Below are positions 21,234-31,899 of a stretch of DNA of 64,000 bases, piece by piece; position 1 is the first letter of the stretch; each line of letters starts with the position of its first letter. Position numbers and translations under genes: made by a program. Source of the DNA: Candidatus Latescibacterota bacterium (GTDB taxonomy: Bacteria; Latescibacterota; UBA2968; GCA-2709665); assembly GCA_965205485.1 (NCBI GenBank), contig OZ242180.1, positions 2,496,001 through 2,560,000 of the forward strand, written 5' to 3'. The notes beneath the pieces were generated by a model. The model was not told where the DNA came from. It made no database searches and saw nothing but the letters and a program-made list of their open reading frames with translations.

Positions 21234-22496
21234 ATGGACAAGCTGGCGATTCTGGGCGGATCCAAGGCGGTGAAAACCGATTCGGGAGATATGTTCACCT
21301 GGCCGATTATCACCGGGGAGGACGAGGAGGCCGCACTGGAGGTGCTGCGGCGCGGGGCCATGTCCGGCACGGACGTCACGGTGCAGTTCGAAAAGGAATA
21401 TGCCGACTGGTTCGGCACGAAGTACGCGCTCGCGCACAACACGGGCACGTCGTCCATCCATTCGGCGATGTTCGGTTGCGGCGTGGGCGTGGGCGATGAA
21501 ATCATCTGCCAGAGCATGACGTTCTGGGCGTCGGTGCTGCAGGCGATGAATCTTGGCGCGACCATCGTCTACGCGGATATCGATCCGGATACGATTACCC
21601 TCGACCCGGCAGACGTGGAACGGAAGATTACGGATAGGACGAAGGCGATCGTGGCTGTCCACTATTTCGGACATCCAACCGACATGGATGCGATCATGGA
21701 AATCGCCAACGCCCGGGGCATCAAGGTCATCGAAGACGTCTCGCACGCGCACGGCGCGGAATACAAGGGCCGATTGACGGGCGGGATCGGTCACGTGGGC
21801 GCGATGTCCTGCATGGCCGGAAAGTCGCTGGCGATCGGCGAGGCGGGCATGTTGGTTACGGACGACCAGGAGATCTATGAGCGCGCGGTTGCATTCGGCC
21901 ACTACGAGCGGACGGGGCAGATCGAGAATCCCGAGTTGAAGAAGTTCGCGGGCCTGCCTCTGGGCGGGTTCAAATACAGAATGCACCAGCTGTCGTCGGC
22001 CGTGGGGCGGGTCCAGCTCAGGCATTACCGGGAGCGGATGGAAGAAATCGACAGGGCAATGAACAGCTTCTGGGACCTGCTCGAAGGCGCGCCCGGACTG
22101 CGCCCCCACAGGCCGCCGAAAGGCTCCGGCAGTACAATGGGCGGGTGGTACGCCGCGCACGGCATCTATGTACCCGAGGAACTCGGCGGGCTGCCCTTGC
22201 AGAAGTTCTGTGAGGCGGTGCGGGCCGAAGGGACGTCGTGCGGCGCGGGTGCCAATCTGCTGATGCACCTGCATCCCGTCTTGAACGACGCCGACGTGTA
22301 CGGCCATGGTGAACCCACCCGAGTCGCGCACTCCGACGCGGACGTGCGCCAGGGCGAGGGCAGCCTGCCGCAGACGGAGCGGATGTCGGAGCGCCTGTTT
22401 TCCATTCCGTGGTTCAAACACCATCGCCCGGAAGTTATCAGAGAACACGCGGAGGCCTTCCGAAAGGTCGTAACGCAGGCCGCGGAACTTCAGTAG
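21234..22496 (+). CDS. DegT/DnrJ/EryC1/StrS family aminotransferase
   Basis: LAILGG, NTGTSSI, VHYFGHPTDM, IEDVSHAHGA, SCMAGKSL (PLP Lys); SD GAGGAGG. Confidence 0.92.
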   Translation: MDKLAILGGSKAVKTDSGDMFTWPIITGEDEEAALEVLRRGAMSGTDVTVQFEKEYADWFGTKYALAHNTGTSSIHSAMFGCGVGVGDEIICQSMTFWASVLQAMNLGATIVYADIDPDTITLDPADVERKITDRTKAIVAVHYFGHPTDMDAIMEIANARGIKVIEDVSHAHGAEYKGRLTGGIGHVGAMSCMAGKSLAIGEAGMLVTDDQEIYERAVAFGHYERTGQIENPELKKFAGLPLGGFKYRMHQLSSAVGRVQLRHYRERMEEIDRAMNSFWDLLEGAPGLRPHRPPKGSGSTMGGWYAAHGIYVPEELGGLPLQKFCEAVRAEGTSCGAGANLLMHLHPVLNDADVYGHGEPTRVAHSDADVRQGEGSLPQTERMSERLFSIPWFKHHRPEVIREHAEAFRKVVTQAAELQ

Positions 22497-22558
22497 GCTG
22501 CGGATCCGGACGAAATACAGTGTACTTCAGATCGGACCGCTGAGGAATGTGGCACGGG

Positions 22559-22586
22559 ACGGCCGGCATAACGCCGGCCGTTTTTC
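22559..22586 (+). terminator. Intrinsic terminator
   Basis: ACGGCCGGC-ATAAC-GCCGGCCGT followed by a T run, about 60 bp after the stop codon. Confidence 0.65.
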
Positions 22587-22780
22587 TGCTTGGATAAAGC
22601 GCCTTGTACGCCAAGGGTGCGACCGGTCGCCGTTTACCGGACCAACCGGAAATGGCCGCAAGGGATTGAATTCGACCGGCACTCTTGTTATATTGCTTAT
22701 TCGCCGATCACGCCGTTTCCACGGCAGATGTCCATAAGCCCCCGGACGTTCAATCCGATTCACAAGAGGGAGACTCATTC

Positions 22781-25756
22781 ATGTACAGGTTGCGATGCGC
22801 TTCTTCCGCACTACTCTTTGCCGCATTTCTGGGCTTATTCGCTTCCAGCGCAGACGGCGGGTACACACGCGTCAGCGAACCGGGCGCCGACGATCCCATG
22901 GCGGTGCACATCTTCCGCCTGGACAACGGCCTCACAGTCTATCTCACGGAAAACCGTCAGACACCCCGGTTCTACGCGGAGATCGTCGTTCGGGCGGGCA
23001 GCAAGCACGACCCGGCGGAATCCACCGGCCTGGCGCACTACCTGGAACACATGCTGTTCAAGGGCACGACGCGCATCGGCTCCCTGGATTACGAAAAGGA
23101 AAAAGCGCATCTCGACAACATCACCCGTCTCTACGAGGAGCATTTCAGCGAAACCGACCCTGAAAAGCGGAAAGCCATCTACGCCGAGATCAACAAGCAA
23201 TCCCAGCTTGCCGCCCAATACGCCATTCCCAATGAAATCGACAAACTCTACAAGGCCATGGGCGGCACCGGTCTCAACGCGCACACCTGGCACGAAGAGA
23301 CCGTGTACAGAATCAATCTGCCCGCCAACAGATTGCGCCACTGGGCGGTCATTGAGTCCGAACGCTTCCGGAACTCGGTCTTCCGGCTCTTTCAGTCGGA
23401 GCTCGAAACGGTTTACGAAGAAAAAAACCGGTCCATGGACAACAAGGACCGGGCGATCATCTACGCCGTCGCCGATCGGCTCTACAAGGTGCATCCCTAC
23501 GGCCAGCAGACCACGATCGGGAAAGTGGAACACCTGAAGAATCCGTCGCTGAAAAACATGTACCGGTTCTACAACACCTATTACGTCCCGAACAATATGG
23601 CGATCGCGATATCGGGGGACATCCGGATCGACGAAACCATAAAACTGATCGACCAGCACTTCTCGGCATGGGAGCCCGGGCCGCTTCCGCAGTTGCCGGA
23701 CTGGAAGGAGCCGCCCCTCAGCGGCGCCGAGCGGGTGCAGGTCGGGTTCCAGGGTGAGGAATACGTGCTTCTGGCGTTCAGGACGGCATCCAGGAGACAT
23801 CAGGACGCGGACGCGCTGAGACTCCTGGATATGATTCTGGACAACGCCACCGCCGGACTGATCAACCTGAATCTCAACCAGAAACAGAAAGTCCGGCGGG
23901 CGGGATCGTATCCGTCGCTGTACAACGATAGCGGCGCACAGTTTCTCTGGGGCATTCCAAAGAAGGACCAGACCCTCGAGGAAGTGGAACAGTTACTGCT
24001 CGATCAACTTGAAATCATAAAGAGCGGGCAATTCGAAGACTGGATTCTTCCCGCGATCGTCACCGACTTCAAGAAGAACAACAAGCGGGAGTTGGAGTCT
24101 GACAATGCCCGGGTGCGCCGGATTCGCAATTCGTTTCTGGCGTATCACGACTGGGGCCATACGGTCAATGAGATCGCCCGTCTGGAGCGGGTCACCAAGG
24201 ACGACGTGGTCCGCGTCGCGCGGACGTATTTCGCGGACAATTACGTCGCCGGATACCGGGTCGATGAACAGCACGAAATTCCGAAGATCGAGAAGCCCCG
24301 GATCGACAAGATCAACATAGACGCAACCCGCCAGTCGGCTTTTGCCGGCAACGTGCTGGCGTTGCCGGTCGAGGAGATCGAACCCTCCTTCGTCGACCCG
24401 GGCAAAGACTATCAGATTGCCGATTACCACGATGGCGTCCGGCTATATTACTCCCGGAATCCCATCAACGATCTCTTCACACTGACGTTCACCACAGACC
24501 TGGGCAACAACCAGAACAACAGGATGGGGATGGCCGCCCGGTTGCTCGACAAGTCCGGTACCGGACGTCACGACGCCGAAGCCCTGAAGAAGGAGTGGTA
24601 CAAAATCGGCACTGAATTCTCGATGCGGGCGGGCAACAACGAAACCAGCCTAACCATCTCAGGGCTGGACGAAAACATCGAGGCTTCGCTTTCTCTTATG
24701 TCGGAACTTGCCAACAGCCCGTCCGCGGACAAATCGACCCTTGACGAACTCGTGAAGATCGTCCTGGCAGAACGCGAAGACGCGAAAAAGAACCACCGCA
24801 CCATTCAGGGCGGCGTCGTTCTGTTCAACCGATACGGCGAGGACTCCCGATATCTGCGCGCGTTGCCGAACGAAGCCCTGCGGGAACTCGCTGTCGAGGA
24901 ACTTCACGGACTGGTCCGCGGCCTGTTCAAGCACAAACACACCATCGCCTATACCGGTTCTCTTCCTTTACAACAGGTCCTGGCAGCTCTGAAAAAACAT
25001 CATCGGCTCCCGGGTTCGCTCGAGGACCCGCCGCCGTACAAGTTCTACAAGGCCCGGACGCCCGAACGGACCGAGATTCGCTTCTTCCACAAGCCGCTTG
25101 CGCAGGCCCTCGTTTATATAGAATTCGGCGATGAGGATTTCAACGAGGCGTCCGTCCCCGCGACCGAACTCTATAACAGCTATTTCGGCGGGGGGATGAG
25201 CGGGATCGTCTTCCAGGAACTGCGGGAAGCACGCGCGCTGGCCTACTCGGCGTGGGCACGATATTTCAATGGCAACCGGAAGGGAGACCAGAATACCCTG
25301 GCGGGTTCCATCGCCTGCCAGCCCGACAAGACGATCGAGGCCGTTGAAGCGTTTATGGGCCTGATAGACGACATGCCGGTTACGCCCGAGCGATTCGAAG
25401 AAGCCCGCACCTCCATTCTGAACCGATATCGCACAAACAAGATCAGCTTCCGGCAGGTCCTGGGCTCCGTGCGTTCCTGGGAACGGCTGGGCGTTCCCGT
25501 GGATCCCCGAAAGTCGCGATTCGAGAGAATCCAGGCCGCCGAAATGGACGACATGCTGGCGTTCTACGGCAAGAACCTGAAGAACCGGGTGAAACTGATC
25601 TCCATCGTGGGAGACAAAGACAAAATCGACCTCGCTGCGCTGGAAAAATACGGTTCCGTCAGCGAGGTCGGTATCCTGGTAAAGCCGTCTAATCGACATC
25701 TTCGTGTTTTAGCTCTCGTCTACATAAACCCAAACACTCATGGCCAGACAGGATAA
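22781..25756 (+). CDS. M16 (insulinase/PqqL-like) zinc peptidase, exported
   Basis: Signal peptide, GLAHYLEHMLFKG (HxxEH), NAHT, FQELREARALAYS; the last ~25 residues look foreign. Confidence 0.92.
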   Translation: MYRLRCASSALLFAAFLGLFASSADGGYTRVSEPGADDPMAVHIFRLDNGLTVYLTENRQTPRFYAEIVVRAGSKHDPAESTGLAHYLEHMLFKGTTRIGSLDYEKEKAHLDNITRLYEEHFSETDPEKRKAIYAEINKQSQLAAQYAIPNEIDKLYKAMGGTGLNAHTWHEETVYRINLPANRLRHWAVIESERFRNSVFRLFQSELETVYEEKNRSMDNKDRAIIYAVADRLYKVHPYGQQTTIGKVEHLKNPSLKNMYRFYNTYYVPNNMAIAISGDIRIDETIKLIDQHFSAWEPGPLPQLPDWKEPPLSGAERVQVGFQGEEYVLLAFRTASRRHQDADALRLLDMILDNATAGLINLNLNQKQKVRRAGSYPSLYNDSGAQFLWGIPKKDQTLEEVEQLLLDQLEIIKSGQFEDWILPAIVTDFKKNNKRELESDNARVRRIRNSFLAYHDWGHTVNEIARLERVTKDDVVRVARTYFADNYVAGYRVDEQHEIPKIEKPRIDKINIDATRQSAFAGNVLALPVEEIEPSFVDPGKDYQIADYHDGVRLYYSRNPINDLFTLTFTTDLGNNQNNRMGMAARLLDKSGTGRHDAEALKKEWYKIGTEFSMRAGNNETSLTISGLDENIEASLSLMSELANSPSADKSTLDELVKIVLAEREDAKKNHRTIQGGVVLFNRYGEDSRYLRALPNEALRELAVEELHGLVRGLFKHKHTIAYTGSLPLQQVLAALKKHHRLPGSLEDPPPYKFYKARTPERTEIRFFHKPLAQALVYIEFGDEDFNEASVPATELYNSYFGGGMSGIVFQELREARALAYSAWARYFNGNRKGDQNTLAGSIACQPDKTIEAVEAFMGLIDDMPVTPERFEEARTSILNRYRTNKISFRQVLGSVRSWERLGVPVDPRKSRFERIQAAEMDDMLAFYGKNLKNRVKLISIVGDKDKIDLAALEKYGSVSEVGILVKPSNRHLRVLALVYINPNTHGQTG

Positions 25757-25841
25757 ATGCGGAAAGCACGACAGACGCTCACAATTCCGGCCGTGGTAGG
25801 GATACATCATTTCGTGAATTAGCCGAGTCTTGTATTCGTGC

Positions 25842-25870
25842 TTGACAAGTGTTGATAGCCTGGATATTTT
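25842..25870 (+). promoter_or_regulatory. Sigma70-like promoter
   Basis: TTGACA-17 bp-TATTTT upstream of GGAGA and the ATG at 25900. Confidence 0.55.
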
Positions 25871-25899
25871 TCCAGTAAATGACACAGGCGGAGAATGCA

Positions 25900-26115
25900 A
25901 TGATAGGGAAAATCTTTAGTGCCGATAACATCCGCATGGCCGTATTCCTGTTCACCCTGATAGGTGCCATGTGGACGCTCACAAACAGACTCGAAGACAA
26001 AATGGACGCTCGCTTTGACAAGATCGAAACCCGCTTGGATCGGATCGACACCCGCCTGGATTCCTTCGGCGAACGAATTGCCAAAAATGAAGCACGCTTA
26101 GACGTCTCCGAGTAA
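25900..26115 (+). CDS. Small single-TM coiled-coil protein
   Basis: Hydrophobic AVFLFTLIGAMW then heptads RLEDKMDARFDKIETRLDRIDTRLD; promoter and SD present. Confidence 0.7.
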   Translation: MIGKIFSADNIRMAVFLFTLIGAMWTLTNRLEDKMDARFDKIETRLDRIDTRLDSFGERIAKNEARLDVSE

Positions 26116-26341
26116 GCCCCGCCAACGCCTTCCGCGCCTCAAGCCACAAATCGAATTCCCTCTTTGGTTGCTCGCCATTGCCCGATTTCGCAACCGGTGG
26201 ATCGCCTCTAAATAGCGATCTGGCGACCTCCTCCGGCGTAGCGTCGATTCTCACGTCTTCATTCAACTCCTCTTCAGTCTGCCACGCCGGACAATGCCTG
26301 AGCGTCAGAACCTGAGCCGCAGGCAGCATCCTTATTCCGGT

Positions 26342-27565
26342 TTACGAAGTCCATCCTGCAATGAAGTCCGAGGTCGTATAATTCTCCGGCATCTCGTTGA
26401 AGTGGTATTTCATAGGCCCTGACTGGAATCCGGGAACGAAATGCTCGGCCTCCGACCGGAGCATCCTGTCCAGAGGTTCGAACCGGTTCCACAATGTCTC
26501 GGCCTCCGATGCGCTGAATCGTCTAGCGAATTCCGGACCCCAGTTGAGCGTAATCGGATGGGCGCCCCGAAGCCGGCGGGAGAGTTCGTCCGGAACGTCG
26601 GGGTACGGGGCGTTTTTTGCGAGTCGGATCGCCAGGGCCGCTTTGCACATGAAGACGGTGGAGAGCAGCCTTCCCTTTTCGCCTCTGTGGGGATGGAGCC
26701 GGTTCAACGCCTCGATGTACGCCTCCCCGTCGCCTTCGACAACCGCCCTGAGCGCCTCCTCCGAATGCCCCTTCATCTCCCGGCTTCGGTCGTTCCACCG
26801 CCGGAACGCGGCCGCCGCTCCCGCGGAAAGGTGGTCCACGAACGCAAGATCGTCGATCGACGTGTGCGTGGAGAATCCGCCGTGAACGGTCCGTCTCAAC
26901 CTCGGGCTGTAATTGCTGCCCCAGTGGAGTATCGGGAGGATGTAGACAACGCCGTCTCCGCCTTCAAGGTGGGTCCGGACGCCGTTCGGCAATGGCTGGC
27001 ACGGATCGGCCAGCAGGTACTCGTTTTCCTCTTTCGTGTTGAACCGGATATGGCTGCCGGGGATCACCCACAGGACGTTGTCGTCGTAGAGGGGGATGTT
27101 CCACTGAACGTACCGGGGTCCCCCTTCCAGGATGTCGTCGATGTACCCCTTGAGGGGTGCGGTGTCGATCGGGTGGTGGTCGCGATGCCACTTCGCGGGG
27201 CCGTGGTCCCGGACCGGATTGCACATCATCATCATTTCGGTTACAGAAGCGTCTGCAACGCCCAGAAGCTGTGAACTGATGCCGTGAATGTTCGGCTCCA
27301 GCCACACCTCCGCGGCCGGCGCCGTCTCCCGGCTGATTGCGCTGGCCAGCGGCGGCCGGTTGAGCATCAGGCGGGGCTGCGGGCTGGACTCCCACTCGCC
27401 TCCCGGCGGGTCTCCTTCCTTTCGCATGGCCTTCCAGTTTTCGCGCTGCCGGTCCACGAGCGTTTCGTAAGCCCGGCGGACTTCCTCCAGCTTTTCCCGG
27501 GGAATGGCTTCCTTTACGACAAGATAGCCCTCTTCCAGGAATCTTTCGCGATCGACTTCCTGCAT
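26342..27565 (-). CDS. PhyH family dioxygenase with C-terminal extension
   Basis: FLEEGYLVV, WHRD, VIPGSH, ILHWG; ATG at 27565 after GGAGG. Confidence 0.85.
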   Translation of the reverse strand: MQEVDRERFLEEGYLVVKEAIPREKLEEVRRAYETLVDRQRENWKAMRKEGDPPGGEWESSPQPRLMLNRPPLASAISRETAPAAEVWLEPNIHGISSQLLGVADASVTEMMMMCNPVRDHGPAKWHRDHHPIDTAPLKGYIDDILEGGPRYVQWNIPLYDDNVLWVIPGSHIRFNTKEENEYLLADPCQPLPNGVRTHLEGGDGVVYILPILHWGSNYSPRLRRTVHGGFSTHTSIDDLAFVDHLSAGAAAAFRRWNDRSREMKGHSEEALRAVVEGDGEAYIEALNRLHPHRGEKGRLLSTVFMCKAALAIRLAKNAPYPDVPDELSRRLRGAHPITLNWGPEFARRFSASEAETLWNRFEPLDRMLRSEAEHFVPGFQSGPMKYHFNEMPENYTTSDFIAGWTS

Positions 27566-27649
27566 TGTACTTCCTCCAGGTGTGTCTCGGTGTTCTGTCC
27601 CAGAAATAAGTTGCCTTAAATTGTCCGTAGAATCGCCCGGCTGGCACTC

Positions 27650-28095
27650 CTTCGACACAGGCTCAGGGCGACGCCTTCCGCCGGCTCACAAACCAGAGCA
27701 TGAGCCCTGAGCCGCTCCCTGAGCTTGTCGAAGGGTCGGCGAAGGGAAGTGAAGAGCACAGGACGATTAACGAAACGCGGGCATTTCGACAAGCTCAATG
27801 ACCACGCATCGAAAAGCCGCTTCCACAGCCTCACCGCAGGTAGTGCACCGAAGCTGATAATTCGCAATTGCGCAGTCGCACCGATCGACTTTCCCGGGAG
27901 CGAGGGCATCCCTGCCCTCGACGGCGAATAGGATTGGACTTTGCGCGATCATTTCAGGTGTGGTTTCGGATGGGAAGCAGATGGCCCTTGATGTGGAAAT
28001 TCTTCGGTTGCTCGAAGTTCGAGGGCAGGGATGCCCTCGCTCCGGATATCGGTGGATCATGCCGCGAAAGAGGGCTGATTGCCGTCGATCGCACT
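27650..28095 (+). repeat. Composite of repeat family B followed by family A (copy 2)
   Basis: Same modules as 20566-20985 but in the opposite order. Confidence 0.85.
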
Positions 28096-28166
28096 ACGCT
28101 CGTGCCCCGTGTGATCCCACTCCAGGTTCTTAATCCTGTCCATCCATGTAGGTCTGCGTTTATTGG

Positions 28167-29051
28167 TCAAGTCCCGATAAACGTCTCGGGCCACTTCGGC
28201 TCGTAGTTGGACTCGAAGAGCCAGTCGAAGTCCCCCGGAACGATGTGCGCCCGGTCGGGCCGCAGTTTTCGGCGCAGCTTCGGGAAGAAATCCATCAGCG
28301 AGTCGCGCTGGCCGTTCGGGAGTCCGCACGAAACGCCCGCGGCCGCATAGGCCGAGAGCATTGCCTTTCGAGGAACCGTGTCCTCATTCTGCCAGGCCGA
28401 GTGCAGGCCGGAGCTGCAGAGAATCAGCATCTGCCCCCTGCGGGCCACCATGGGTGTCGGTTCCTGCTCCAGCCATGGCGAATCCGTCAGATCGGGGACA
28501 TGCTCCGGATAGGCCGGCGCGCCTTCCTTCGGATCCGGGCGCACGCCGTGAACGCGAGGCAGCATGGCCTTATGCTCCGGCGTCAGAACGCGGTTCCAGT
28601 ATTCCATGATGGGCCGGTGGCTGCCCGGAAGTATGCGCATCGCGCCGCGATGCTCCGGCACATCGTTGAGCCAGAACCAGAGCTCCGCGCGCATCCTTCG
28701 AGGCGTCGCCTGGAAGTCGTCCCACGTGGCCTGGATGTCGGTGTGGCATCCGCCGGCCCACTGGTCTCGCACGCTTCCGAACGGCGCTTTGGCAGGGGAA
28801 CGGCCGTGGGGGGACACGCCCCACCACAGATGTACGGCATCCGCGCGCAATACGTCCATGGCCACTTCTTCAAAATAGGGGTGCTGGAAGACGTCAAGGT
28901 AGTCCGGTTCTTCGTAGAACGGACGGCCGCTCGCCGTCAGCCGGTCCCACGCGGCTTCGGCCCGGTGGAGCTCGGCGGTTGTAAACGGGCTGTCGACAGT
29001 GACGGCGCCCTGTTCCTCGTATTGTCTCATTTCCGATTCTGACAGTGCCAT
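28167..29051 (-). CDS. PhyH family dioxygenase
   Basis: YEEQGAV, CHTD, GAMRILPGSH, LHSAWQN...RK; ATG at 29051 after GGAG. Confidence 0.8.
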   Translation of the reverse strand: MALSESEMRQYEEQGAVTVDSPFTTAELHRAEAAWDRLTASGRPFYEEPDYLDVFQHPYFEEVAMDVLRADAVHLWWGVSPHGRSPAKAPFGSVRDQWAGGCHTDIQATWDDFQATPRRMRAELWFWLNDVPEHRGAMRILPGSHRPIMEYWNRVLTPEHKAMLPRVHGVRPDPKEGAPAYPEHVPDLTDSPWLEQEPTPMVARRGQMLILCSSGLHSAWQNEDTVPRKAMLSAYAAAGVSCGLPNGQRDSLMDFFPKLRRKLRPDRAHIVPGDFDWLFESNYEPKWPETFIGT

Positions 29052-29123
29052 TCTTTTCTCCTTTGCCTTGGGCGATTTCCCGTCACTCAGCCCCAACCTA
29101 AGAGCTGGAAGCAAATGCGGAAG

Positions 29124-29250
29124 CCCGTTTGACGGTCCAATCACTCCCCCCTTGAGGGGGAGTCGCAGAAGCCGAGCCGGTTCCTGAGCCTTTGATCCCT
29201 GAGCCTGTCGAAGGGTCGAAAGGCCGGCGAAGGCTGATGCGGTGGGGGGT
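29124..29250 (+). repeat. Repeat family C (TCACTCCCCCCTTGAGGGGGAGTCG ... GCTGATGCGGTGGGGGG) with a nested family B core
   Basis: Copies at 29501-29566 (-), 37655-37748, 38107-38440 and 41480-41608. Confidence 0.85.
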
Positions 29251-29552
29251 GACGCACCGAACTCCCTTTCCAGCACTCCGGAACCGTTCTCAAACACCTC
29301 ACGATTTGAGGCGCGCAGGACCCGTCAGCGTTGCTCTATCAAGAACGCATCTCGATTCTCAGTGTAACCCTGACGTGCCGCGTGCTGGCTGCCGTATTGC
29401 TTGTTGCGAAGGAAGCGCCAGAGGAGGCTCTCGACGGCGGCCTGGATCTGGCAGAGTGAAGGATCACCTGCCAGGGTTTGACGGGTATAGCGACGCTTGA
29501 TCCCCCCACCGGCGCGCCTGCGGGCTGACGCCCTTGGCTTGCCGACTCCCCC

Positions 29553-29777
29553 TCAAGGGGGGAGTAATGCGCGATGTCCTTCGGGATGTCGCAATTGGTC
29601 GATCGTAGCCTCGAACCCGTCGTTTTCCTCGTCCGGCCAGGTTCCAAACAGCGTCCTTACGTTCGCCATTGGCTGCACGTTTTGGGAACGCGCCAACTCC
29701 TGAATTGTTGGTGATATCCAAAATGACTGCGAAATCGGCGTCTCTCGAGCTGGAATGTCGGGTGTTTTGTTTTGCAT
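29553..29777 (-). CDS. Small hypothetical, antitoxin-like protein; the 3' end runs into a family C repeat
   Basis: MQNKTPD...TIQELARSQNVQP...GTWPDEENDGFEATIDQLR; acidic tail; SD GAGG; no partner toxin visible. Confidence 0.45.
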   Translation of the reverse strand: MQNKTPDIPARETPISQSFWISPTIQELARSQNVQPMANVRTLFGTWPDEENDGFEATIDQLRHPEGHRALLPP

Positions 29778-30483
29778 GTTATCCAACCTCTCAATATCGT
29801 GAATCTTGACTTCCGCAGTCAGCCTTCGATTTCCCTGATGTTTATTTAAATGAACGCCGACCCCTCGCCTGATCACCTGCCGACCGTGAGGCCATTCCAC
29901 CATGCATCAATATTGAATCGCATCACGCAGACGAGTTCTGAGACCGCCGGTATGCCTGGAGTCTGGATTAAAATATACGCAAGCTGGTGAAAAGTCCAAT
30001 TTAACCGGAATTATAGCCGCACTGAGTCTTCGCAATTTGCTTCTTAGCGTCGGTGTTGACAGGTGAATCCCAGCGTCGTGGCGGCGTCCCGTGTACGTCT
30101 CGACCAATTCCGCCAATCCGCGATTAGCCTCGATCAAAAAAAATTAACGCGGCGACGCGATAAAACCTTCCGAAATAGGGCGTTATCGACGTATAGAAGG
30201 ATGTTTTTTCCGTTCACGTCCACTGACCTGGTGTATCCTGGTAATCCGCCGTCTAATCGCCTTTATTTACAAGCATATATTCGAATTAACGTCCCCGAAG
30301 ACTTACGAATCAAGGTTAGAATTCGCCCGTCTCAACGCGATAAACAAACAAGCCCAAGGCCGATTTTCGATTCAGGAACTCACTACACGGATTCTTGTCT
30401 CTATGTGAGACGGAGGCTATATTGAAAACGGGAATGCCGCGGGCAGCGACTCAGACGCCAATGGACACACTTTGGAAGACGCG

Positions 30484-31845
30484 ATGAACAAAAAAAAGAA
30501 GAACACAGATACGAGAAACCGGCTGATAGAACTGGGACCGGAACGCCTCACGGATGTCCTGTTAAATCTTGCAGACCGGCATCGAGATGCGGAAGCGATC
30601 GTCAAGCGGTTGACGGCGACTCCACAAGAGAATACCAAACGCTTTAAAGCAAAGTTGGCCGGGATTAAACGCCGCCGCCGTTTTCTGGGTCGCGGCGCGT
30701 CGGTTGCGTTCGCCGATGAACTCAGAGGTCTGCTCCAGGATCTACGGGCAGGAATCCACGACTATCCAATGGGTGTAAGGCTGGTGGCTGAATTCTACAA
30801 AGCGGATGACGCGATTTTCAGGCAATGTGACGATTCTTACGGCAACATAGGTGACATATTTCGGATTGACGCCAGCAAACTGTTTGTTTCGTTTGCCGCC
30901 AACTGCGACGACAAAGAGGAGATATTAGATCTGGTTCTGGAATTAAACAGGGAGGATGAGTATGGGGTTCGTGATACACTGTTTCAATGCGCGTCGGAAT
31001 ATTTGTCCGAAAAGGAAATGCGCAGTATGGTAGACCGTCTGTGGGATCTGTCTGGAAAGGAGACTGACGAAGACAGAACCCTGCACTGGATTTCAGGCGT
31101 TGAAAGCCTTGCGCGTCAGATGAAAGATGCACCACTCTACGAGAAAGCCCGATTGGCTCTTTGGCCCGAACTTTCCGCGGCCGCCTGTATTGACATTGCC
31201 CGGATCTATCTGGAAACAGGAGACGCGCAAACGGCACTGACATGGCTTCGCAGGATTCCGAATAGAGACCATTTCAAAGTTCACGAACAAGATGACCTGT
31301 TGTTGACCGTCTACAAGACAATCGGCGATCAGGAGAAAACGGAGAGCGTCGCCTGGCGCATATTCCGTCGTGATCGCACCGAACATACCCTCGCATGTCT
31401 TCTGGATGCAGTCGGTGAAGACCTGCGCGATCAGGTGATCGAGGGTGAGATTCAAGCCATCCTTGAATCCGACCAACTTTCCTACTCTGACGCGACGTTT
31501 TTGATTGAAATCAATCATCTTGACGAGGCTGAATCCTACTTGCTGGATAGATGGGAACTGCTCGATGGCGATTACTACACAGGCCTTCTGCCTCTGGCGG
31601 ATCACATGGAAGCGAGCAGGAGATGGGTCACGGCAAGTGTTCTCTACCGCGCACTCCTGGATTCTATCCTTAGACGGGGTAAGTCCAAATACTACACTCA
31701 CGGTGTGCGTTATCTAAAGAAGCTGGATACACTCGATCTCCGGATCCATGACTGGAGGAATATCTCGCCTCATCTTGAGTACACGCAGGTACTGCGAAAG
31801 AACCACGGTCGAAAGACAAGCTTCTGGTCAAGGTACGAAAAATGA
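30484..31845 (+). CDS. Conserved all-helical hypothetical protein (DUF6880-like)
   Basis: CDDSYGNIGD, LYRALLDSIL, YYTHGVRYL, HGRKTSFW motifs; lower GC than its neighbours. Confidence 0.7.
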   Translation: MNKKKKNTDTRNRLIELGPERLTDVLLNLADRHRDAEAIVKRLTATPQENTKRFKAKLAGIKRRRRFLGRGASVAFADELRGLLQDLRAGIHDYPMGVRLVAEFYKADDAIFRQCDDSYGNIGDIFRIDASKLFVSFAANCDDKEEILDLVLELNREDEYGVRDTLFQCASEYLSEKEMRSMVDRLWDLSGKETDEDRTLHWISGVESLARQMKDAPLYEKARLALWPELSAAACIDIARIYLETGDAQTALTWLRRIPNRDHFKVHEQDDLLLTVYKTIGDQEKTESVAWRIFRRDRTEHTLACLLDAVGEDLRDQVIEGEIQAILESDQLSYSDATFLIEINHLDEAESYLLDRWELLDGDYYTGLLPLADHMEASRRWVTASVLYRALLDSILRRGKSKYYTHGVRYLKKLDTLDLRIHDWRNISPHLEYTQVLRKNHGRKTSFWSRYEK

Positions 31846-31899
31846 GATCGTCCCGCATCGGACGCCACTTTGTTGCCGACAATGCGTTTCCAATAGCCG

